A stretch of DNA of 64,000 bases from Balanoglossus misakiensis (Eukaryota; Animalia; Hemichordata). The DNA lies in NCBI GenBank assembly GCA_040954595.2, contig CM082597.2, forward strand, positions 7,403,849 to 7,467,848. The letters run 5' to 3'. The position numbers and the translations under genes are program-made. The notes beneath the pieces were generated by a model, which was not told the DNA's origin, searched no databases, and saw nothing but the letters and a program-made list of their open reading frames with translations. Of the stretch, positions 35,701-47,107 are shown in pieces; the first letter of the stretch is position 1; the number at the start of each line of letters is the position of its first letter.

Positions 35701-38700
35701 TGTCAAAGTAATAAGTTTTTAAACAACTGGTCCAATCAAAGTACTTACCAAGGTTTTGTGGCTGGGGTGAGAGTGACTGGGAAGAACAGGCATATTCAAA
35801 ACTTCCTAAACCTTCATCAGTTAAAGGACTCCTTACACTATGGGCTGGTGATTTAGGACTTACCATTATCACTAGAAAACAGAAAAATAAAGTTTAATGA
35901 CTAACAGTTGCATAAAAAATCTCTTAACATAATTACTGGTAATAAAAATATGAAATTACATTATTTAAGAAAACATCTGTTTCTGTACCCATGTATTTTA
36001 ATCTTCAGGAGCCTGCAACTTATCAAATAAAGTGTTCTTACCCACGTTTTCTGGTTTGGGTGAGAGTGACTGGGAAGGCTGGCCATCTTCAACAGTTGCA
36101 AAACCTTCATGTGTTGAGGGACTCTTACCACTCTGAACTGGTGATGGGAGTGTTGGAACTGGAAGAAGAAGGAAAAGATTTTAAGGACAAAATGCCCATT
36201 AAGAACAGTTGTGATCAGATGAATGAGGTAAAGTGAAACCTGTGTATAGTGGAGGGACTTTCCTTAACTTTATTTTAAGTCAGCCTGGACTGTAAGTCAC
36301 CTGTCAACATTATTAATATTAGGTTGATAGCTTCTTTGATAATAAAAGTCAAGTGAAAAATGCTTAAACTACTTACCAAAGTTTTCCGGTTTGGGTGAGA
36401 GTGACTGGGAAGGCTGGCCATCTTTAAAAGTTGCAAAACCTTCATGGGTTGAAGGAGTCTTTCCACTCTGCAATTGTGATTGAGGTGTTGGAACTGGTAG
36501 AAAAAAAAGCACAAAAATCTAATGACTAAAATTCTTCCAACCTTACACCTATATTAATTACAAGTTTTTAAAATGCTTCACTGTCACAACATAATCATTA
36601 ACTGTTATTTTATAGAATATTTCTTCCAAAAAGAGCTACAGAAAAGTCACTTTATCATTTTTCAACTTCGCTTTCATTTTGCTGGAAAGAGGATGATGTG
36701 TTGCTTGTTAAAATCATCCAAAGTGAAATTTTCAATTCAAAAGTGTACATTTCATCAGGTTACTGCCCTTTCAGTCTAACTTGTATCTGAGACTGCACCC
36801 TTTTGTTTTGGGATTGTGTGTGGAAAAGGAAATATACTTACTTTGTGCAGGCTGTGTACTCTGAACTTCTTTGAAACAAGCTCTGAACTTTTCATGACTT
36901 TCAGTAATCTCTGTGTGACTGAGATACATTTTCTTCAAACGCGTCGCCATGGGTATTGCATGTGTTGCTCTCAACATCTTATTGATCTGTTGTGATAAAT
37001 CCCCATCAACTGAAGGGTCATACAGGAAATACTTCGCTTCATGGTCAAAGCATGTGTTCATAAATGCTGCTAAGGCAGTTCTTTCTGGAGCTAACACAGG
37101 TAGTCCTGCAGCAATGGATCGTAATCCCTCCATCCTGAATGGCTCATCAGGTGGTATAATACAGACACTACTCTGAAGTAAATCTCTGTAAATATCATCT
37201 TGAGAGCCGTATGAGGGATAAATGTTTGGTTCTATGTAGGGGCAATTTAAGTTGACTGTAAGAAAAGTCTTTGTGTTAGCCACATCAGCTTCTGGGGGAG
37301 TACGTACACACCACAATGGAACCATCTCGTGCATAGAGTTGAATGTACCAGCTGTTTTTCCAACTTCAGCAGCAAGTGTTTTATATCGTGGGGATTCCAC
37401 AGCTGTATCGGTTATCACAGTCAGGATTTGTTTCAAGTCACTTGTTTTTTGTATTTGATCCACATTGACATCAAAGAATTCTTTCTCTGGTCTTGGAAGA
37501 TACAATTCATGTCTTACAGGAACTTCAGTTGTTTGGTAGAGTTTCTTGTAATGTTCAAAGACATCTGGTCCAACAGAGAAAACTGCAGATGCCTCCTCAG
37601 CAAATCTGATGTGTTTGCCTTGTACTTCAGCTGATGGGATGGTGTGATTGATGAGGATAATCTTAGCATCTTTGAAATATCGTTTCCTCAAAACATTTGC
37701 AACCAGGAGCTTTGCTGAAGGCTTGACATGTTCCACAATGTATTTCACATTTTGTAACTCTGTGAGGGTTGTGAAGAATGTCTCTGGAGAAAGAACCCAA
37801 TCTGGCTTCGGTGTGTCATCCTTGTATCTCTCAATCACATCCTCTTGTATTCTTGGAAGTATCAACTCAACTCCACAATCAGCTGCATCTTTCCTTTCTG
37901 CATCACTTGCCTCCAAAACAACACACCATGTTTTACGTTTTCTGTCTTCAGCTACACTGCTGGCAAGTTGACAGTTGAGGGCAGATACAGTGTCCTTCAC
38001 ACGATTCCACTTTTCAGCCAGGAATATGATGGTCGTTTTGAGGTCCTTATCTGAAAAAAGAAGACACAAGTCCAAAATGCCATAATAATGCAAATACCAA
38101 GACGACACATGCAGCAGTTCTAAAGTTGCATATCACAAAGCTTAAAAACATTACAATAGGACACCTATGAGAACTTTGTGTAAATTTTCTTGAGCAGGTT
38201 GTAGTCGGCTGAAAAATGGTTTCAGATATTTTCAGCATAGGAAAATTGTAGCATGAGGTGAGCAAGACAAGTGCTGACTCAGCATTGTTCGCAAGGTTTT
38301 AGAGCATCTCATTGAAAAAAGTTGCATAGGAACACCCAATTTTTCTCTATATTTGTATTAAAAAGTCATTGATATACAATATATTTTAAAAACAAGAAAA
38401 TTAGAATACACTAAAATATGGAAAATTAAGTATGCGGCGGCCATCTTGGGAAAAACCGTATAATTACACATTTCCGGCCATCAGATTTTGGTAGATTTTT
38501 TATATGTTATTAAGGAGTTTCAATACTACAGAAAACCATTGAGAAACCTTTTGGTGCAATTTTGGGGTTAAGGCCCTTTTATCTCATAAATGCAGTCACC
38601 TAGTGTCCTCTAAGCAGGAGATGCAAGACGATATTCTCTGTATTACTTGTAATATTGATTGGTCCAAAGCCAATGATGAGTATAATGGTACATATAAACC

Positions 38701-40799
38701 AGTATATAACTGTCAATACTTGCACCTGGGAATCACTGAATGGCTGGCTATTATTGATTGGTTGAAGAACTCCAGTATATTTTGTAAAAAAAAATCTTAC
38801 CTTGCTCATTAGTTTCCTTCCCTACTGAATCAGTTTGTTTCCTAGGTGATAGTGACTGCAGTCTTGGCATCAAGGGATACAGTGCACGATGTAAATCATG
38901 TCTGTCTATGTGGTGTTGTACACTTGTGGTTTCACCTTCTGGATCTTTCATCATTGTCGTCATCTCTATTTGTGTTGCAGCTGAACTAACTGCACTGCTA
39001 GCAGCAATATCACCGACATATGAAATACCTGACGTATGTGAAAAATAAACATTGACGGGTAAATTACTTGTGTGTGTACAATTCCTTGTAAAAATAAATT
39101 TCAATTACTTTAAGCACTTAAAGTTAGTGTTCTACTGCTGCTTCAAATGTCCGAACAATTTTCTTTTCTCAAAACTATGACCAATGACTAATTAAATATT
39201 CACAGGACATGGCACGTCTAATCATTGGCCCCTATCACAATACAGAGTTCCAGCCCTGTAGGTGCTATGGTTTTCCAGAACCACCAGGCAAAAAATATCG
39301 GAAGAATGAGACGGAATATAAATAATTAAAGCTGCAAGCAGCATTGTCGGGCCCAAGCGCTGATCTGGAATTATAAATGCACATTATGAATGAGAAAAAA
39401 CCAAATGCTCTATCGCGTATTTTATCTCATAAAGTAACAAGGACGTATGTATCTTTGGTGCTGATATAGAGTAAAGTAGGTCAAAGGTCACTTGACGTCA
39501 CCCAAAATTTGGGAACAAAACTTTGATCCCATACTGGTCCATGTCAAACAAAAACCAAAACTCTAGCCCTATTTGTTCGCCTGTAATTAGGTATGCACAT
39601 ATTTAATGAGGTAAACAGGTGTCACAGATGACCCCAAAAATTGGTCCCATCCTGCCAAATGACAAGGCTGTATCAGCTCTGGATGCCGAGATATGCGAAA
39701 GTAGGTCAAAGGTCACCTGAGGTCACCCAACATTTGGGCAAAACAATTTGACCCCATACTAGTCCATATCCAACAAAAACCAAAACTCTAGCTCTATTGG
39801 TTCACCTGTAATTAGGTATGCACATAATTAATAAGGCCCTAGAATTTCCAACAATACTAATAATATCATTCTGGTCAAACATCTAGAGCGATTACAGTTT
39901 TTGCATAATACGAAATGTATCTTTGGTAGATGCTGTAAGTGCTTACAATGAGATTCTTTTGTGGATACTTGAGTCTTGGAATGAGTGGCTGTCACTGCTG
40001 GAGTCTTGGGACGAGTTGATGTCATTGGCTGCACTTTTTCAGTAGGACTTGGATGCTGTGAGGGAGATGGTAACTGTGTTCCTCCTGAGGTCCTCTCAGT
40101 TGAGAATGTTGGCAAACTCTCTTCACTTCTGTCACTTATCTCTTGAGGGCTATCTTTCACCCTAGATACTGCTTCTCTTGTCACATCCTCATATGGATAA
40201 TCTTTATCAAACTTTTTCTCATATCGAACTTCTACGTGCTTCGCTAACATGTAAAGTCCGGCAGTTTTCAACAGCTGAATAAGTGTCTCAGGTTTGTCCC
40301 TTGATAAATGTCCATATTTTAACAACTTTTCAAACAAAACATATGCACGTTTCTCTCTCAAAATTTCTTCCTTCACAACTGTAGGTATTGACGGTTTCAA
40401 TATAGCACCCAGTCCATCAACCAATCTAATGAGGTCATCTTTAACAGAGCAGAGAAAAAGTTACTGTACCGTAAACATTATTCTTGAAATAAATCTCTTG
40501 AAATACAGGAGATCACTGTCTTAAATTTCAAAGTGATAATGGGATGATCATGTTTTGTCTTTTATGACAAGTTTGAATCAAATCAGCTCTGCTGTATGTG
40601 AGATGACTGTGGATGCAACTACTGCATCATTATAGACATTCCCTGAACAACCAGGATGTGCACACTCATGGGTAGACATCCATGAGTGTCCCAGAGCACC
40701 ACTCACTTAGGGATAAAAACATTCATATGTACACTCACCATTTCCGATGTCATCTGCCAGCCTTATAAGATATTCCCTAAACCAATCAAAATATGCCAT
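29745..40799 (-). CDS. NLR-like protein A: DED - GT-B glycosyltransferase-like - S/P repeats - coiled coil - TRADD-N-like - NACHT helical region (no P-loop seen) - RI-type LRRs (10 coding exons, ~2404 aa)
   Basis: Minus-strand exons 40799-40739, 40438-39947, 39028-38801, 38050-36842, 36493-36377, 36158-36042, 35871-35749, 35410-35318, 34907-34272 and 33883-29745; all GT-AG phase 1, total 7215 nt in frame. N-term MAYFDWFREYLIRLADDIGNDDLIRLVDGL...LFEKLLKYGHLSRDKPETLIQLLKTAG (DED-like); AVFSVGP...EPFRMEGLRSIAAGLPVL (GT4-like); SSLWFLLTFLSEEDSDYFWQKYDAGEVDEMLSDILITSEM (TRADD-N-like); LPSTLTE...LCEIG...YHFLSQYIYFYAVALYV (HD1/WHD-like); LDLSHNNIGDVGAESLS repeats. Confidence 0.85.
30280..31690 (-). 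repeat. 84-bp coding tandem array, ~17 x 28-aa LRR (NLR A)
   Basis: Unit HLDLSHNNIGDVGAESLSKGMENMTGL(R/W); 16 full units plus a leading partial; one unit has a 6-bp insertion (STGKG). Confidence 0.97.
39326..39830 (-). mobile_element. Interspersed repeat fragment in NLR A intron (reverse complement of the 62950-63605 family)
   Basis: gctgcaagcagc..gggcccaagc terminus and two aggtcaaaggtcac..gtcacccaa..tttggg units; the reverse complements occur at 63080-63605. Confidence 0.7.
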
Positions 40800-41797
40800 C
40801 TTTGGTTAATATTTGAGCTGCCTTCAGCTTTTGAAGTTCTTCAAAGTGATGACCAACAGAACTAAAACACCTGTCACGCCTATCAAGGAATATAACCAGA
40901 TCAGTATATTGTTACGGCAGTAATAACACATTTGCTTGGGGATCGTTACACTGCGATATCACACCTATGACTTAGGAAAGCGGGAAGTCATGAAACCAAA
41001 TCCCCTTTCCACGCAGGCATTTCAATGTTTGGAAGGTATTTTCACTCAAACAAAGGTGATAATAATCAAGAAATTGGCATCGATACCCATTCCATGTCAA
41101 AATTCATACCTGCAATTCTCTTTGCCCATTAATATTCTGTGTGTTTTGGGGCGATTTCTGAAGGGGGTGATGCTTTGTGCATTCAATCCACTTTCGATCT
41201 ATTGTAAAACAGGTTTTTTTTCGCACACAATAAATTTTTGCAAAATACGCGAGAGCCAAAAAATCGTGTCAAGGACACTGTGATCCCATTCAGGGACTAC
41301 CGAAGAAAAAAAGTCAACACTGGAGTACATATACAGACAGACACACACACACATACAGAGATCAATGGGTTAACACTGACTGACCTATTAGCTACCAATG
41401 AAATGAGTACTCTACATACATCCAAATAGAAGAGCTTGTCTCTTTAACAGTTAGCCAGTTATGTAAACATGCAGGAATTTCCTGTGTGTTCAAATCTCAG
41501 TAGGGGTTTCCTCACTAATTACAAAGAATTATGTATCATTAATTTCTCTTCTTAAGATAATTTTTTGTGGTATCTATAAGACAAAATATCAACATTTTGA
41601 ATTACCTATGATTTGATTCCATTATTATTTATAATTTTAAAGAAGCCCCTCATATATTTACAAATCAAATTTTAAAGAAATCAACTATATAATTACTGAG
41701 AAAGATAATTTTTTTATCAAAATTAGAAAATATGCCCCCAAAATACAAAATATTGCCCCAACAAATCATTGATATTTATTCACTATATGTATTGTAT

Positions 41798-41957
41798 TAC
41801 CAGTATATTGAAACTTTGCATAAAACATTTTTCAAAGGCATTTTCTTTGACTATGAGTTTTGCGTGATATATGACTGTGGTATGTGACGAATATATCAGT
41901 CACGTGTCGTGTCTCGACCAATAAAATAGCGTGATTTACACCATCAATATACTGGTA
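41798..41957. mobile_element. Short MITE-like repeat, copy of 495-648
   Basis: taccagtatattga...tcaatatactggta inverted termini. Confidence 0.75.
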
Positions 41958-42850
41958 TAATATAACTACACATAATTACAAACCAAATGGGACCTAAAAA
42001 CGTGAAAATAAAATTTTGCGTAAAATGATTTTCGGAGATAACGATGTAGTCAGTGAAATACTTTTGATATCACAAAAACTTCCTGTCGCAAAAATAACCT
42101 GCTTTACAGTACCTTCCCGGACAAGCGGTGTTGCGAATGGCCATCTGAAGTTGACTTCTTGTCCATAACTCAATCTTTTATCAACAATAACACATTTCCT
42201 TTTTCCATAGTAGCCACCACCAACCCCCCCCCCTCCCAATGCTAACTTTGAGTGGAGTGGCAAAAGTAAAATTGGTCCTCCCAAACATTGTGTTAATTTG
42301 CTTTTGAGTTCATTTAAATGCAATTGTGAGCACCGTATTTTACAAAATTTCCTTCTTTTACCAATTATACCAACTATTGTATTGACTTGTCATGTTCATG
42401 TATTCATAGATTTCTTTATTGCAACGATATACTATTATACACTTCAATTATAAATTTCTTAAAGAAATTTATAATTGCGGTGTCGGGAGCCTCTATCCCT
42501 TTATTGCATACAGTGTATATGAGATCAGGATGGTGAATGTTTTCGGGGTGGGGGGAGGGGGGTCATCATATTTTTGGTCCTGCATTAAGGTGGGGTCTGC
42601 CTGATTGTGAAAACCCATGACACAAACTTGCCCCCCCCCCCCCCCAGCCGCAAAAACTGAATGGTCCCTAATTTGACTCGAGGTGAAACTCAGCACGTCA
42701 CAAGACAGAATCTGTTTCCTGACACATAACAATAGCTTCCCCCATAAATCCAAAAGACACACATTGAGGGCCGGTAGTGGTTGATTTGAGGAATCACAAT
42801 AGCCCACTATAAATAGTGACATGCTTTACGGACTCTACAAACACAGTTAA

Positions 42851-43128
42851 AGCACGTAGCTCGTCTCACACGCATGTTTCAACGCTGTTTACAGACGTTT
42901 ACTGAACAGTCAAGCCCATTAGGCAGTGCTCACACAAGATGGCGGCGACTATAATCTGTGTCGGAGATCGGGAAAAGACACTAGCTTGGGTGAAATGGAG
43001 GGACAAAACCAGAATCTACTTATACGGTGCGCATGAAATATGGAAGGAAGCTAAGGCAGTCCACTATTTGAATGCATCGAACGGAAAATTTGCTGGGAAG
43101 TTACGCGCATGTGCGTGAGACGAGCTAG
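42851..43128. mobile_element. MITE family B copy (reverse orientation to 1442-1773, internal deletions)
   Basis: ttaa|agcacgtagctcgtctcacacgcatg...gatggcggcgactataatctgtgtcggagatcg...gtgagacgagctag. Confidence 0.8.
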
Positions 43129-45898
43129 AAGCTACAATGTAGGTGTACTCGCTACAACAGGGCCAACAACAACAGTGGTCTGAGAGCAAGTGTGATGAAT
43201 TTGAACACAAATTTCAACTACTTTCAGAACTCATAATGCTTCCAGTCTAGTCTGTGAATTTAACTGAACAACCCAAAATACTAAAAATAATAGAATTTGA
43301 CTTCTATCATAATGTCCGTTTTCCTGATCCCTAATTTAGTACAAGGAAATAACTTCTAAAATGGCCACTAAAAGTGACCTCAGGTGACCCCTGCACAACC
43401 ATGGAACCAGATCGAAATAGTAGATTCATTGTATGAATTATTATTTTACAGCAAATCTGGTAACAAACCATGATTCAAATGATTGTTTGTGTACTTATTG
43501 TTCATGTATGTCTATAATTACATCAGATTGTGGCAAAAAAACACTCTCTTTCATTTGATAAACAAACTGGTCGGAATCCTACCTGTCGTAAGTATCTCCA
43601 CCTGTTGCAGTCTGTCAAACATTAACTGGATGAGATACCCTCTGCGGTAGCTTCTTTACGTGTATGTGGGTCAGGGTCATCACAGTCCCTGGGACTTGAT
43701 GTGGGTCCAATCGAAGCACTCCACTCCTCATTATGAAGAACTAATAAAAACAGACCTTTGGGTGTACTACCAACAGGGGCGGGTGTCACTAGGGGAGGCA
43801 TGTGCATTAAAATTCATGTATCATTTTAATATTTCTTCAGTGTATTGTAAAGGCAGTTTTCGTTTGTTCTCAACAGTTAAAGATAGAGTAAAAGAACAAC
43901 TTTTAAACTTAAGTTGAAACTTTTTTCAATAATTTGAATGACTTATATGCCACATTGTCGACGATAATTAAAAGTGAATAAAACCGACACATATCACTTC
44001 AGTGTTTCACACAGATTTTAATAGAAACTATTTACTAGCAAGGTAACATTACCTTTAATTCGACGTACAATTTGTTTTTTGTCGAGAATTCCTCCTCTGG
44101 GAATGAAAGCATAAGGTAGCCGCCAGCCATAGATTAAGTGCCATGGCAGTCTTGGCATTTATTTTCACAAGAATTCTGGTATTGCCTTTATCACCGCAAC
44201 AGTCTGGAGATGTGACGAATATGGCTTTACATCTGTTTTGAATTCCGCTTTCATTTTGTGCATATGGTTCCTAAATCTATCTCTGAAAATGGCCTTTCCC
44301 CCACATTGTTAGTTCTGATTGCATTTTTTTCCACTCTTGCACCAACAAAACTAATGTTTGGAGTTCAAGTGCCGACAACAATTCCTTCAGATTAGTGTTA
44401 AATCATGATTTTTTGAGATGGCTGCTCTCTTTCAAATCATCAAAGGAGATCTCAAAGCCTATCAATCTCGTTTCGGTATTTGCTCATCTCGTAAAAGGCC
44501 TCTCAGCTTGTGTTCTTTATTTCTGTCTATATCATTTTCAAGATTCATGAAAAGGGTCTTCAGTGGTTTAACTTAAGTTGTCTCAAAACCCTGTGAAGCT
44601 CAAATGATAATATTACTTTGTCAGTGTAATATCATACAAAGGTACATGTACACGTGGTAGGTACCTATAACATGAAAATTACATCTGTTTCCCAAATCTG
44701 ATCTCAGAGACCTTTGGATATTCTAACATGAATACAATGAGTAATGTTTTTTATATCTCCATCGGAGATTAAGTTATATTATAAGAATACTGATGGAAAA
44801 TTACAACTGCTATACATTGTAGCTTAATTTCATTCAATTTAAAAAAAATTGACTTAAGTCGACATCCCTACAAAATCTGTATACCACTGTGACACCAGCA
44901 AGTTTTGCCAGAAAAAAAGAAAACTTTTCTCCAAATTAGACAAACTTCACATTTTACAACTCAAGCATGTCTGACTCAGGTCATCCTATAGCTGTACTGT
45001 TAGCTGGCCACATGCATCGTAGGTGAAAATGAACAACTCGCGACTGAACTGTGCCTGGGTAAATGACAGACTATTCATGTGTATTTAAAGATTTCCTCTT
45101 GGTTGTTTGACATACCATAATTCTGTGTGATGGATGTACGGTATGTGTTGATAGTAAATAGTTTTCTAATATCGTCATATCAAATGTCATAAATGTCGAC
45201 CATCATGCATCGTTTTTTGTCTCGAGTGGGCCATCTTTGTCCGGAGGTTTTTTCTATGGTATTTCCCCAGACCCTCTTTCTGTCATGCCCAACGGAAGAA
45301 GCAGACGGGTCTGGATAACCGAGACAATGTTCCAGTGCCATTCAGATCGAAACTTTTAGATTTATTGTATCCAAATCACATTCCACCCACTCAGTGACTT
45401 TACAATCGCTTGTGATTAGCGCCCCCATTTGGTCATATGACATCATAGAAGTGATCTTTCATATGAAGGGTATTTACCTTTTACATGAAATTTATTTACC
45501 TTTTATATGAAGGTTATAATATTCACATTTCGTATGAAGCCTATTCAGATAAGACAATTTTTTCAGTCACTATATTTTCCTTCCAAAATTTTGCTTCTTT
45601 CCAGAAATCTGGTTCCTCTCTCATCCACAAACAATTCAAAGACAAAAGTATGTCTGACAGAAATTAAACTTTATTTCCAGGAAATTTCTCTCTTCACAAC
45701 TTCATATATTAGACATAGGGTACATTTGAAATTCATATATACAAATTACACTGTCTTTGACTCATTTTAATATCCCCAAAGCCATTGTTTTCTTTTTTTT
45801 AAAAGAGGTACTGGTAATGTGAGTAAAATTGACAAAAGTCACCATTTCACTAAAATATTACGCAAAGCTTTATGAAAATGTTGAAATAAAGAACTTAA

Positions 45899-46245
45899 AG
45901 GGACAAAATCTCTCTCTCACTGCCCCTTTTCCATTAATTATGTTTGATACAAGACACTGTTTATGTTAATGTACATGTGGATATATATCGAATCAACGTT
46001 CGACCACACATAACTTCCATCCCACTTGTAGACACGAGAGTAAAAAACACGCCAAAATAAATAATCGGTGTTTACCACTTATTCATTTTGGGCGAGTTGT
46101 TACTCTCATATCATACAAGCGGGATGGAAGTTGTGTGCGGTCAAAAGTTGTTTCACTATATATCTACATGTAGAGTAATATAAATGGTGTCAGTTATCAT
46201 ACAGAATTAATGGAAAAGGGGCAACGAGAGAGAGACTTTGTCCAT
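45899..46245. mobile_element. MITE family A copy 4, abutting the left breakpoint of duplication unit B
   Basis: ttaa|agggacaaaatctctctc...gagagactttgtccat|ttaa: TTAA on both sides. Confidence 0.85.
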
Positions 46246-46315
46246 TTAACAAATAATCGCCTTCAACATCCGATGCCTGATATTCGTGTATCTACTTAAA
46301 TTTCCTGCCACACAG

Positions 46316-46470
46316 ATCTGAAAGCTGGTGTACAAATGACATTTATCAAGAACGTCATCGATAGAGTGACGAGTGAACATAGTACCTGTGGTCTCGTCAG
46401 ATCCAAGATGTTCAAGAAACAATGTCTTATACCAAGTACTCAGGCACCTCCTCCTCCATCAGTATGCTAG
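46316..46470 (+). pseudogene. Orphan duplicate of the last exon of PHB depolymerase-like paralog 2
   Basis: cacag|ATCTGAAAGCTGGTGTACAAATG...GTATGCTAG is nearly identical to 25302-25459 (3-bp deletion); no upstream depolymerase exons seen between 40800 and 46300. Confidence 0.88.
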
Positions 46471-46771
46471 GCAGATTGACCTTTGACCTGTGAAGACATC
46501 AACTGGATACAGGACTTTAATACTGTTGCATGGATGAATATCTCAATATGTTTTCTACTTGCAATTAAATCAATGATCTGTCAACTTTTTCTGAGGGCAA
46601 ATCGATAGGTTAATAAAATCACTGGATAAATTGTCAATGCCGGGTTCAATGCACGGAATGAAAATGATTGTAAAAGCTCATGCGGCCAGTTGCCAAAAGT
46701 CGGTTGGAAATCATCAACAACTTCTATTGTTTTTTTTAAGGACTGCTAACACTCTGTGTCCAGACCATTAA

Positions 46772-47107
46772 AAGGGACAAAGTCTCTCTCTCGCTGCCCT
46801 TTTTCCATTTGATACAAGACACCATTTTTGTTATTCTACATGTGGATATATAGTGAATCAACATTCGACCACACACAACTTCCATCCGGCTTGTAGACAC
46901 AAGAGTGAAAAAACTCGCCAAAACGAATAATCGGTGTTTATCATTTATTCATTTTGGGCGAGTTTTTACTCACATATCCTACAAACAGGATGGAAGGTGT
47001 GTGTGGTCGAATGTTGATTCACTATATATACACATGTAGAATAACATGAACAATGTCTTGTATCAAACATAATTAATGAAAAAGGGCTGCGAGAGAGAGA
47101 CTTTGTT
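46772..47107. mobile_element. MITE family A copy 5 (duplicate of copy 3)
   Basis: Same position within unit B as 25768-26105 in unit A. Confidence 0.8.

Larger units (their letters stand above)
25233..38057. repeat. Segmental duplication unit A (paired with 46247-60340)
   Basis: Collinear high similarity from the last depolymerase exon through the MITE, AT-rich spacer, and NLR exons and most introns, up to the acceptor of the GT-like exon. Confidence 0.92.
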
